From assembly GCA_002633005.1 (NCBI GenBank), contig NMRA01000226.1, positions 189,728-253,727 on the forward strand: a DNA stretch of 64,000 nucleotides, in the 5' to 3' direction. A model generated the notes under the pieces. The model was not told the DNA's origin and ran no database searches. It worked only from the letters and a program-made list of their open reading frames with translations. Below, piece by piece: positions 1 through 12,195 of this stretch; position 1 is the first letter of the stretch; each line of letters opens with the position of its first letter. The stretch is from Phoronis australis (taxonomy: Eukaryota > Animalia > Phoronida). A program made the translations under genes and the position numbers.

Positions 1-97
1 ACGTAATAACAGGCTGACATCTAATACAACAAGTTTATTTGTCTCTTACATTCTACTGAAAACCCAGCAATCAGCAGAGTCACCTTTTTTGTTTTAG

Positions 98-285
98 GTC
101 CACGTACGATCCATGCCCAAGGTTTAACAAGAAGACTCTTACTTGCTACTGGTACTCTAACTCGTTGGTACCATGTCCAACCGATGAGCCTGTGTTGGTC
201 GACCAAACCTACGATGTAAAGGTGACGGCGACCAACAGTTTTGGTACAACAACAAGCGTGTCACGTTTTGTCCTAAGGAATTTTG
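98..285 (+). CDS. Domeless/gp130-like class I cytokine receptor, first exon in window (C-terminal part of cytokine-binding FN3 domain; 5' exons lie outside the window)
   Basis: ttttag acceptor (96-97), gtgag donor (286). Reads STYDPCPRFNKKTLTCYWYSNSLVPCPTDEPVLVDQTYDVKVTATNSFGTTTSVSRFVLRNF: a Cys pair plus the FN3 Y-x-V-x-V-x-A-x-N-x-x-G motif; ends in phase 1. Confidence 0.85.
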
Positions 286-1117
286 GTGAGCCGTTTTCTT
301 TGTTTGCTCATTTGCAAAATTATTTTCCTCAAAATATCGGTTCAACAAATGAAACGTTAGTGTACCTGAGCCAGAAGTATAATCACTAGGCAGATACTTT
401 ATTCAGCTCTCGTCACATCAGTTAGGCACGTTGCAAGACAACGTTCTAAAGACCAAGTTTTTTGTGAGAGAAGAAGCATGATCTTTCAAGACGTTGCAAA
501 ATCAGGCGAGAGGCGAGTGTTTCGTAAGTGCTCGGAAGCAAAATGGTGGACACTGAAGTGACTGGCTGGTAAAGTTGGAGTGTTGCGCTATGCGACAGAA
601 TTCACCACTTTTTCACCTCAACAGCAAGCTGATGTCTTGCTGTCTAGCCCAGATTTTGTCAAGGTTGTTGTTTTTCTAACCCATGTGCTTTTGGACAGTG
701 GGATGGAGGACAGATTTGTTTTAACCTAAGTTGTTATTTTTAGACCCATTTTGATGCATTGTAGATGCAATAAAAGTGAATAAATTATTTGAAAATTCTG
801 TTTCAGGAAAAAGCAAATTATGCTGATGTTTCAGTACCCTCAATTGAGGTTAGTTATGGCATAAGCCAACCTAATCTTGCGGGAATTTCCATGCTTGGCC
901 TGAAGTTGTCTTCACTTTCATATGACAGAAAGCTGGATACAGTTGAAATATGGAAACTGTGGTGGTCACTTGCAATTCGAGGAGCTTTTAAATTCATAAC
1001 CTTTTGCCTGATCCGATGTATGAAGCCGGTTGTGCTTTTTACCACTCATGCAAAACATAGTGTAAGGTCAAAGCACCATCACTGATTATTTTATCCACTG
1101 TCTGCTGCATCTTACAG

Positions 1118-1272
1118 TTAAGCCAAATCCTGTGACAAACCTGCAGATTGTCAACAAGGGTAGCAGAAATGTGATCTTGTCCTTTGACTTGGATTCCATG
1201 TTCTATGTGAGACCCCATCTACTGGATTTGCGCTACACTTCCAAGTTTCACTCTGGAATTGTCACCAAGAAG
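1118..1272 (+). CDS. Cytokine receptor exon (start of second FN3 of the cytokine-binding module)
   Basis: cttacag acceptor, gtatgc donor. (V)KPNPVTNLQIVNKGSRNVILSFDLDSMFYVRPHLLDLRYTSKFHSGIVTKK; VKPNPVTNL matches the VKPDPPxNL hinge of class I cytokine receptors; phase 1 to 0. Confidence 0.88.
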
Positions 1273-2523
1273 GTATGCGTACTAGATGGGAGATCCTGTT
1301 TGTGGGGATTTGTATAGCATGTAGCGCCACACAGGACCATCAAACTTAACTGAGCAGAGAACGCCTGACCGGAGACTCTACTCAACACTTCTAGTCCCAG
1401 ACAAGTGTCAGGCTCCAACCCTAGTTGATGATTACTTGAGGCATGATATTCTCGCCAGCTCCCAGTCGGTCAAGTGCTTGTTCCTGGTTGGAAAGAATTT
1501 TTCACCTTCTTTCAGTACAGTGGCACGTGTTTTTGAAAGTTGGGAAGCTTCAAGATATCTGGACTTTTGTATGACAAACGATATTGTCTTGGTCATCGAA
1601 AACCTTAAGTTTGAAGTTCACAAAATGACCCAAAATAGTTTCAGTGGCCAATGAAAATTGTTTTGAAATATTTTGTGAGAAACTTAGTTGATGATGCAAG
1701 ATAAATAAGACCATGATTTAGAAAACCGTTTCAGGAGATCATGTAATTCAGTCAAGCGTGACATTTACTAGTAATTAAATATTAAGTTGACGCCTACTGT
1801 TTATTGAAAATTGACTGAAGGTGGAATGGAAATCATATATAACTGGAAAACATGGAAATTGATGCCACAGCATAGCTGAAAGCTATGTCTTGGGGTTTTA
1901 ACTACTGAATGGAAGGAATATGAAGACAATTACGAGTGTTTTCACTGTCCTTTTCTGATTGGATTGTTTATTAGCCTATAATCGATCCATAATTGGGTAA
2001 GTGATGAAAGTCTAATATGTATCAGTTTATAGGTTGATTGACTCTATTGCGTGTGGTGTATGTATAAGGCATCCTCATATTTTTGTAATCAACAAACACC
2101 AAATTTTTCTGTGTTTGTGATGTATGGTGGTCTGTCTAGACTAGGGCAGGTTTTATCGAAACTCGCATGTCCAGTCTTTGCTAGGATGATCTTAACTTCA
2201 ATTTTAATTTGCGCTATACCTACTGTTCAGTAACATGGCTCTAATAGGTGGTTGTTAAATCTGAATTTAGAAAAATTGTCAAATTTAGTCATTGGGCTTT
2301 TCTGTTAGCACGAGCACTTTTGTTGTCAATTTTCTCACAAATATTCCCTCTGCTGTGCTCCAGGTGGCAATTTTGCCCATTACTGAATTCCTTAATGCAT
2401 CGTCATAAGTTAGTTAATACAGATTTGTGCCGTTTAGGGCCGTGTGAAAGTATAGCAGATGGTTTGCTATGACGGTTTATTTCCTTGTGTTATTCATACT
2501 CAGCATTCCTTTGATGTTTTTAG

Positions 2524-2686
2524 TTATTCAATACATCCAGACATCAGACCATCGAGCTGCGTGACCTTCGACCCCATATGACCTACACAGTGAATGTGGT
2601 CTTGTGGCCATATGATTTGGTTCGTCAAAATGTGACGGGCTTTGTCAGCAACCCTGTCTCCGTGAAGGTGACCACGCTCTCTGACG
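2524..2686 (+). CDS. Cytokine receptor exon (FN3 end with degenerate WSXWS position)
   Basis: ttttag acceptor, gttagt donor. LFNTSRHQTIELRDLRPHMTYTVNVVLWPYDLVRQNVTGFVSNPVSVKVTTLSD; LRP-x-T-Y-x-V FN3 motif; 163 nt, phase 0 to 1. Confidence 0.88.
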
Positions 2687-3169
2687 GTTAGTGGCTTGTT
2701 TCACTAGCAGCACTTCACATTATACTTGTTTTCAGTTTGTTTTCTTGTTCTCTCGTCATGTTATTCTTGTTTTCAGCCAATTGTTGTCAAAACATTACAA
2801 AAGTGACGCTGTTCTTTTATTATCCCCCCTGTTAAAGTGGCAGGGGACATGGTAACGATGGGCATTATATGATTCTCTGTGTGTGTTCATGTGTTCAGTG
2901 TGCGTAGAATAATATCCTGTGCCCAACTTCCATACTTTAAAGTGGGTTTCAACCAGACAATTTAAAAACTGTACTTTCAAAGTGCCATAGCGTACATTGT
3001 CCAGATTTTGCTATTCGAACACTTTTTCATGTATTCTGGACGCTTTAGTTTTCACGCATCCGGAAGTGCCCTTGCTTAACTGCGTAACTCCCATATTTCT
3101 CAGGGATTTCAACTGAACTTTCAGAACGGCATGCTTATCATGACGGCGTTTTTCCGTTCAGTGACTTCA

Positions 3170-4510
3170 CCAGAGGTAGAGGGTTGTGAGCGTGTGATAA
3201 CATCTAGATCTTTTGTTAACTGCCAAGCACAGTCTTTTGTCTAGTATGATAACACTCAGTCCAATTATCTACCAAGCTTATTACAGACCACGTGTGAATT
3301 GACACCGTCGAACCCAGAGCGAATTGCTACATTCGGAAAGAATAGATTGTCGTAACTTCGGTTGCAGTTGGACGATTTTGGCAATTTAAAAACTAAACAT
3401 CATCACCATTCGACGAGGATTTCAGAAATGCTATTGGTTTAAGTTAAAATATGTTATAACTTAACTTTTATTTTAGCAGCACAGCCCAGTCAGGGTAGAT
3501 ATGATCTTACTGGAGATTAGAGCAATTATGGGACAAAAGAGAGCTGGCCCTCCAACCCTAAATGTCAGAATGGTGTTAATCAGTCTTGTAAGATATTGGC
3601 TACAGGGGCTATAGAATCGAAGGCAGTTGAGAACAATACGTCGTAATGTACAAAATAGCGACAATATATTCATTATTCGGTTTAGTCACTGTATTTTCCT
3701 GAATTTTTACCCATGCCTGGTTTTCGCACAACCGACCAAGTTTTTTAAAAACTGCTCGTATAAAGGGCTGTAGTGCGTGTCGCCAGCATTTTCGGATTTG
3801 ACCACATTTTCCTGAATTTTGCCTCATTCTTGATTTTCACACAACTATGTACCATGGGCTTCTCAAGCGATTTTATTAGACAACTAAAGTTATACAAAAG
3901 ACAGCCTTAAAGTTATGTTGACCACTCAAGTTTTTAGCCAAATACATACAAAGCTACAATAGAAGTTCACTCAATAAATGTATGTTTTCTAAAACCATAA
4001 TGCATGTAAAATTTGTATTTTTGACTGGACCGTTGAAGCTTGAAAAATTCCTGCATCCATAACAGTGTCCTGTCGTTCAGCAACTTTTCCAGACGTGAGG
4101 GGTTCTGAAAGTGTGATAACATCTGGCTCCTTTGTTAACTGCCCAGGACAGTCTATTGTCCTGTATGGTAACAAGTAGGTCAATTATCTACCATGCTTCA
4201 CTGGGTTACTGAAACTGGGCAGAATAGATTGTTTTAACTTCTGTTGTAGTTGGGCGATTTTGGTGATTCAAAAACTAAACATGATCAGCATTTGACAAGC
4301 AATTCAGAAATGCTATTGGTTTATGTTCAATATAACTTAACTTTCATTTTTAGCAGCACAGCCAAGTCAGGCTGATATGATCTGATCGGAGATTAGAGCA
4401 ATTATCGAACAAAGAGCCAGCCCTCCAACCATAAATGCCAGAGTGGAGTTAATCAGTCGTGTAAGATATTGGCTACATTCCCAACTTTTTGTTGGGCTAT
4501 AGAATCGAAC
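3170..4510 (+). repeat. Dispersed direct repeat pair (about 3170-3620 and 4090-4510)
   Basis: Shared blocks GTGTGATAACATCT, AAAACTAAACAT, CAGAAATGCTATTGGTTT, GAGATTAGAGCAATTAT, GTAAGATATTGGCTACA, GGGCTATAGAATCGAA. Confidence 0.85.
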
Positions 4511-7235
4511 AAATTGGGAGCAACGGGAAAACGCCGTAATGAATAAACCTCAAATTTGGTCCACTTTTTAAGTAAACATTAACTTCTTTACCTCTTGGCC
4601 AAACCATGCAATTTGTGAAGGTGGAAGTGACAGTGTCTAGGTGACATGCCAAATTAACTTCAGGTTGTGAAACAAACTTCAGTGTTCTTAAAGAGAAAGA
4701 TTAAACATGGTTATCTCGTTGTTATAGTAGGCTAAAATTGCCACTTTAATCACCAATTGAATCATGATTTTGTTGAGCACTTCACCATGCCAGACGACTC
4801 TCTGTTGCAGATTATAACACAGTTTTGTATCTCAGCGCATTCCTTGATTATAATCTGCACTAATCTTTTGCATTAAACTTCACTATTCTTAGCGGCCAAA
4901 TAAATCATTTCCATCACAGTTCTTAATAGCTGAGGATAAATTATTTAAAGATTTTTAGCCACCATGAAGCCCTTGTTATGTTGTGTTTCCTTAAATAGGG
5001 GCCAAGTATTACCGGGCTCTTAAAGGTAATCCTTGAAGTAAACGCCAGTCAACTTGTCTGTGATGTCAGCGGATAGATTTACACACCTGCGAACTATTAA
5101 AAGACTGGAGTGGTCGCACGCACGAATCAAGATGCAAATAATGGCGATTCAAGATGGAATATTAATGGACACGTTGAAATTATTGTTGAAATAGCAATCA
5201 TGATGAGTTAAAATGTTGCATTGCAAACTTCACAACGTTTCTGCTTGTACGAGAATGCCTTGTGTTTTATCTCAGTCACCAACACAATTGAAGAAAATTT
5301 TGTTGAGATCGTTTTTGACATCCCCCTTCCTATCTGCCCAATGCTTAAGCATTCAAAGCATTCTAAAAATTAGCAGATGTTTTCCTGATGAGAAGGCCGC
5401 AGCTAATGCAGATTTTCGAATGGGTTCGACTTCTGTGAGGACTCCTTGTGGTATATGGTTGAATTCCTTGTAAAAAACATTTAGAGACAATAGGAATTTA
5501 CTGCAACACATGGTGGAGCACAGCGTCATGGCTGAAGTCCAAGAATGTTTAATATTCGTTTTGTTGTCTTATTTGGCACACCCACCTTGTTTTGCACACC
5601 CTCAATTAATTATAAAAATAATATTTTGTCTCTCACTTATTTCCTATGAGGTTACTGTGTGGGAAATTTATTGTCTTGCCTCGTTCTAGTAATACACACC
5701 TCTTTAATTGTGTTAATAAGCTCTCAACATTTAGCATTATTTATTCATCTCTTACTTCATTTAATTGAATATGGGATATGCTGTTGTAAATATGAAGTGG
5801 GGTTTTGTCATGTGTTATCGAAACAGGATAATTTAGTTTGATTACTGCTCATTGCTTCATGTTGGCAACACGTAGGCCACATTTTGCTAAATTCGCACAT
5901 CAGCTGTTGGCAATGCTGCGGTACTCAGTTAATTTGACGCACCTGTCACTTAGGTTGTTCAATTTATTTAGCACACGGTGACTGTTATATGAAAATATTT
6001 AATTTATTTTGTGAGAAATGAGTGGAGTATTACCATCATGTTTTGTTTGAGATTTATCCAAAAGTGTGTGGCGCTGTGATGGCCATTTTTCAAATTTCTG
6101 TTTTAAAGGATTTTCCTGAGATTTTGGTCTATGACCGGAGCGTGCTATCGCTTTCTGGCTACAGCAATGACTGTTACAGTATGAAAATCCTTCAAAAGTT
6201 TCTTTAAGGTATAAACTCCTGGATGAATCATGTGTTCGTGTCTCGCGCTCCTTTGGGAAGACCAGTGGGGAGTTGTGGTTTGCAACGTTACAGCCTTTGG
6301 CATTGGAGTCATTTACTTCAACGTCATCTTCATAATTACTGCACCGTTGTCTGCAGTGACTACGGCGTTGTTGATGTGGGGGCTGGATGCACTCTTATCT
6401 CGCTTGTGTTATTCTAGATTCTTTGCTTGGCAGGATCGAATATGTGTGGAAATGTTATTGAACCGTAGAGTTCTTTCATTGGATAAAAAGGATGGCATAA
6501 AAATTCCCTCTTAATTTAAAGTGGCATGGAATGTGAAAGATCGTGAAAAACATCTTTTACACAATTCCTGACGAAAGTAATATCTCGCAATATGTAATAA
6601 TGAGTAATTCACATTCCTGTGATGAAATTTCTTGAAAAAATCATAAATTTAACAATTTTTTGAATATGTGCAAAGGAAAAACTCTGTGGTTACCAGAGAG
6701 TGTCCTCTCTCCCTCCCACCTATGATAAATGCGTGCATTCGCTCACAGTTAGTTGCTTGAAGTTGCTTGAGGTCAAAGGTCACATTTTCCATGTTTGGGA
6801 AATGTGTCATTTCTATGTCTTGCCATACCAAACAAGAAGACGTGCTTTGCCTTATGGAGAGAAATCTACAAAGTGACGATTCGTTTTTTATATTTGAAAC
6901 TAATAGAAAATGCTTTGGTATCAACAGAAATCACAACTCTTTACGAGCAAATACAAAAAAAAAACTTGGTGAGCAGGTTGAATTCTGTTTCAGTGGCAGA
7001 AAACCACTTTCAATATTGCAATTTAGTCCGTTTATCACGTTCTAGGCCTCTTTAAGTGAAGTGCAGGTTTCCAAGTGAGTAAAGGTGCAGACCAGATCAA
7101 ATTGTCTTTTTTTGTTCTGCTGGCTTTGTATCCAGATGATGTTTGTTCAAATAAAGACTATTTTTATTGGTGAATGAGCTTAGCTTGTATTTGTTCTCGG
7201 ATAATTCAGTATAAACACCATTGTCTGTATTGCAG

Positions 7236-7357
7236 TTCCGGAGTCGTCACCCGAGCTTCTTCCTGGTAGTTATACACAGAGTGACTGTGTAATGTTTTGT
7301 GAGAGTGAGTGCCCTGTTGACCCCAGACTGTGTCGTGAAGTGCGTGTCTTCTGGCCA
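7236..7357 (+). CDS. Cytokine receptor exon (membrane-proximal FN3 #1, N-half)
   Basis: ttgcag acceptor, gtaagt donor. (V)PESSPELLPGSYTQSDCVMFCESECPVDPRLCREVRVFWP; phase 1 to 0. Confidence 0.85.
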
Positions 7358-8349
7358 GTAAGTCAGCCATTGTTATTTTGGATCATGGTTTTAATTACCT
7401 GTCTTCATTTTAATGCTTTGTTGGTATAATCCCAGACTTTTTCCTTGTTCCTAATACTTGGAATAGCAGACGTCATTCCTTCTGTTAAGGTTGTTGCTGA
7501 CAAAGGAGTGCTGTCATTCGGTCGCATTTCATGTTGCGCTTGTACAATGCTGTTGACGCTATGCCAGCAATCAAAGTTGAGACTTAAACTTTCATGAAAC
7601 GGAGTCGGGGGCTATTTCAAAATTCAGTACACAAAACATAATGGACATTGCGTTTTATAGTTAGTAATAGTCAGTGGTAGATACAACTGGATCTCCTCGA
7701 TACTACATTTTATGCTTGAGTTGGTTGTTCGGATTGATGTCCTCAAAATTTTAAAGGCACTATTCCTAGGCTTACTAACTAGGCTTTTAGTTTGTAAAAG
7801 TTAGAATAAGATCAAAAGCGCATTACACCTGTTCTCTCTTGATTGTTCTCTCTGTAAATATCATTTTGGGCTGGGAGGGGCTAACTAGTCCAGATATTGG
7901 CTTAAAATTTCATAGAATGTTGTAAATCCTGGGTAGTCCTTTTGAAATTGACATACCATGTCAGTGAACACTATTCTTTGTGACCCCTGCTCTTAGTCAC
8001 GCAACTGTCCTGGCCAGACTGTGTAAGTAAACACAACTCAACAAAAGGTTTATGATCCTGGCTGAGGAGGTAATTGTTATATTACTCGCCTTGGATTCTG
8101 AATAGCCAAGCCCTGAATGATATCCAACCGTTGCTACTGACATTCCTGATTTAGGTCAATCCTAGAGTTTTCTTGGAAAAACAAACCAATGTGACTCAAA
8201 CTCTTTCATTTTGTCCAGCAGTCACATACAGATACTAGGTCCATCTGGTAGACATTACCTAAGTGCTGTTTGTCATTGTAATAGTTTAGTTATTTTGGAG
8301 ATTGTGTTACATATCAAACGTGTTAACTCTCACATAGAAGACATACCTG

Positions 8350-9574
8350 CAGGCCTTTATCCAGGATTTCGAAAATAGGGTGTCCAAAATGGGGTTCCCA
8401 ATATTCCAGGACGTCCATGATTCTATTGCGTACCCCACAACCCCAGGACCGTTTACTAGCAATCCCCCCACACAGAGAGTTTTTTTACAAAAAAATGTGT
8501 AGACCAAGCTTTTTACATCTAAGTTCACAAAATAGCCTTCTGTAGTGAATAAAAAAATGTGTAGGCCAAGATTTTTAAATCCTAATTTGTGAAAACAGCC
8601 TAGTGGCTTTCCAAACAAATATTAGAGATATTGGGTAAACGATGAGTGCACTATGTTTTTGGTGATTTCGAGTCAAGTTGATGTTATAAAGTTTGTCATA
8701 TCTTTTTTATTAGCTTTAATATTCAGTAAAATGAGTCATCAGAGCTGCAGTTACAAAACAAGGAAAATGCACATTATGATTGTGGCAATCCTCCCACACA
8801 GAGAGTTTTTTACAAAAAAATGTGTAGACCAAGGTTTTTACATCTAAGTTCACAAAATAGCCTTCTGTAGTGAACTTTTTTACTAATAAAAAATTGTGTA
8901 GGCCAAGATTTTTAAATCTTAATTTGTGAAAACAGCCAAGTAGCTTACCAAACAAATATTAGAGATATTGCCTAATGGGTAAACGATGAGTGCACTATGT
9001 TTTTGGTGATTTCGAGTCAAGTTGATGTTATAAAGTTTGTCATATCTTTTTTATTAGCTTTACTATTCAGTAAAATGAGTCATCAGAGCTTCAGCTACAA
9101 AACAAGGAAAATGCACATTATGATTGTGGCACAATGTTGAATTAAAACAATGACATTTATTTTGCTTTTGATATTTTCAAAAAAGATGAAAATCATGAAG
9201 TTACAGCTCCGAAACACCAGTTTGGAGTTGCACTTAAATGTACATATAACCTATGGAGCTAAGACCACTGGGAGTATAGCCAGAAGTGGAAGAAACTTTG
9301 ACAACAAAACGTAATGCTTCAAATGTGTTGTGGGTAGTCAATGCTGTCAATCAAGTATGAACACAGCAACTTTGTATCTTCCTGCTTTGAAAAAAGAGCC
9401 AGCACTGTGAGCTCACTTCTCCCTTCAGCTATGTGCCTAGGCTTCCTTTGAATCATTACAATGTGTGTCCAAACTTGAAAGGTTCTGATTGACACTGGGC
9501 GTCCATATCATACATTGGGCGTCTTTGTCGGGGTGTCCAGATTAGTGCTAGCACGTACGCTGCATAAAGGCCTG
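8350..9574. mobile_element. Non-autonomous hAT element with an internal ~340-bp tandem duplication
   Basis: TIRs CAGGCCTTTAT / ATAAAGGCCTG; perfect 8-bp TSD CATACCTG (8342-8349, 9575-9582); about 8460-8785 is repeated at about 8786-9130. Confidence 0.9.
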
Positions 9575-10045
9575 CATACCTGCTGTAAGGATGTCTATGT
9601 ATCATTGTTCTAGTTGCACAGTATCCAGTCGAACCATAAGTGTTTTGTTGAAGGCAGTGTTAAAGGCTGGTGGTTTGGATTCTGCTACCATTTCTTGTTT
9701 AATATATAACTATACATTTCAAAATTGTGAACTTGTCCTCAAATTTTTAAGAAAAAAGTAAATGAACTTAGTAGTTGCCATTTTCGTTTTCCAAGAGCTT
9801 CTTATCAATGTTTTCCTCCAAACATGTATGAACAAGCTTTGATGATAGAACTTTGAAATGATAGCGCATTTATTTGGTGCAACCTTTGTTAAGCATGAGA
9901 ACTCGATATTTCCTTGGAATCTTGTTCAAGAATGGGAATCTCTTAGAGTTATTTGATTGTCAATTTTTAAGTTCCTATGAATTCATTTTTAATTAGTAAT
10001 CACCTTTTGTACATTGTGAAACTTTAATGTTAATTTTTTGTATAG

Positions 10046-10262
10046 AAAGTCACTGAGGAAGATCGCAATGGAGATATCACTGGTTACCACGTACATGTTA
10101 ATCCCACGCTGGATGTGCCGAAGTACGTGACTGCTGGCTCATCTCAGTCCCAGACATTAGTGATGTTGAAAAATGAGACTTATACAGTAGAGATTGAAGC
10201 AGAGAATACTGCAGGCGTGGCCAGGACATCAAGTAACATTACTATTCTCTCCACGGATCAAG
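10046..10262 (+). CDS. Cytokine receptor exon (FN3 #1, C-half)
   Basis: tatag acceptor, gtattg donor. KVTEEDRNGDITGYHVHVNP...NETYTVEIEAENTAGVARTSSNITILSTDQ; gp130-like NG-x-I-x-x-Y motif; 217 nt, phase 0 to 1. Confidence 0.9.
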
Positions 10263-10344
10263 GTATTGACTGAGTTATTTACTGTTTCCTCAGACATCAT
10301 TTATTGATTGAAGAACATTAAATTTTGCATTAGTGTATTTATAG

Positions 10345-11320
10345 AAGTTGACAACATACGATGACAACTTTCGGACAGATTGGACTACTGATGTGCCCCC
10401 TAGTGGCAATTTTAGTGTTTTATGTTTACTTAGTATGTGCAAAGGTCCTCAACGCGTTTTCACAAAATTTGGCCAGTGGGTGTTAGTGAGTTGACGCTAT
10501 CCTCCAGTTTTCGGTTTGATTCAAAGTCTTTTGCACTGCATAGTGGCCATTTTTACTATTTTCGAGTTTTTTGGCACCTGCACCTCTGTCAACCAAACCA
10601 CTCTAAGGATGATAGAGGAAATTGACATGTTTGTTCCTACTGTGAAGAGAGGAGGGTTGACGATGATTTTCAGATGTACCTCAACTACTGTGGTGCCTCC
10701 TTGTAGCAGTTTTGTTTTTTTATGCCCATGGCTATATCTCCTAAACTGTCTGCAGGATCTTTATTAAATTTAGCAATAGTATCAATGGAAGTTGACAGCG
10801 AATGACGACTTTCAGATTGATCCGACAAACAAGTACTGTGCCCCCTAGTGGCAATTTCATTTTTTCCATTTTCCTCACCTGTTTCTCTGAAGCTGTGTAT
10901 CGGATTATTATGAAATTTGGTATTAGCTTTCTATTGAAATAATTTTGTGTTCCTGTTTTCAGTTGGATTCGACATAGTTTGCGCCATCTTGTGGCCATTT
11001 TACTGTTAGTCTGTTTTTGGCAACCGCCCTTCTATCAACCAAACCACTTCCACTCTGAGAACGATTGTGACGATTGATATATGTGTTGTGTTCTTAGTGT
11101 GAAGAGGACGAAAGTTGACGATGATTTTCCAATGACTTCAACTACTGTGGCTCCTCCTTGTGGCAGTTATGTTTTTTCTCCCATAGCCTCCTAGTGGCAT
11201 TTCCATTTTTTCCATTTTCTTTGGTTTCTCAGAAGTTTCTTGATGGATGCATTTATTTTGAAATTTAAATTAGTAAATAACTTTGATGACATATACCAGT
11301 TTTCGGATGGATTTGCAGCT
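10345..11320 (+). mobile_element. Truncated copy of the same HINE-like family as 23.1-24.8 kb
   Basis: Shares GTGCCCCCTAGTGGCAATTT, GTGGCCATTTTTACTG and ACTACTGTGG blocks in the same order. Confidence 0.7.
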
Positions 11321-11707
11321 CGTTATGTCGAGCCCTGATGATAATACCCATAGAAATTGTATTTGGCAGAGCTACTGAGAACGTCAAAAATCACTGAGAG
11401 GACCACCATGAGGTAAACAGGTCCGGAACTGCCATCTGATACCGCAATGTGAGATGGATGTTTCAAGGATACAGTGACAAGATTATATTTCCATTACAAA
11501 CAAACACATTGAAATCAGCGGCTCAAGGAAAAACTTCAGGGATTATTATGAATCTTATGGTGCATCTCTGCATTGCCTCTGACTTGCATTGGTAACTTAA
11601 ATGGGATCCTACCTCGCTAAGAAATATCATTTGACCAAGTTTCTGAGAGTATAATCCCTAATGCAGCTTCAGACGGTGTGTACAATAACTTGCTTTTTAT
11701 GCCTCAG

Positions 11708-11868
11708 CTGCCATGGTGGCACCAGCCTATGTCGCTGCATATCTTTCCCTGAGTGAGCCACAGACAGTCCTAGTAAAGTGGAGTGTAGATGGTGACGGCG
11801 GTGATGATGGACAGTCCATAATCTACTGGAGTGATTCCAACATCAAGGATCGGTGGTCTAAACCAAAG
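11708..11868 (+). CDS. Cytokine receptor exon (FN3 #2, N-half)
   Basis: ctcag acceptor, gtaggc donor. (A)AMVAPAYVAAYLSLSEPQTVLVKWSVDGDGGDDGQSIIYWSDSNIKDRWSKPK; phase 1 to 0. Confidence 0.85.
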
Positions 11869-12195
11869 GTAGGCTATACCTTGCACAAGTGCTTCCACCA
11901 CCTATCGGTGGCCTGAGCAGGGAAGTCTCAAGATGCTTGATTATCATAGAAAGTTTTTGATGTGTTGTTTGATATACTCAGTCTAAATATCTCTTGTTAA
12001 AGTCACCGAAGATGTTTTGTGAAAGGCCGTAGCCTCAGTGGCTTATGAGACTGGCTAATCTTAGGCTTTTGTTGGCACTTGCTGCGGGCGTACTTAGTTC
12101 AGAAGTCACAAAAGAGAGACTTCCACTTCGTGTTAGATACGGTGATGTTGTATTCACAATATTGTACCTGCAACTGGACATACAACGACATGTAA

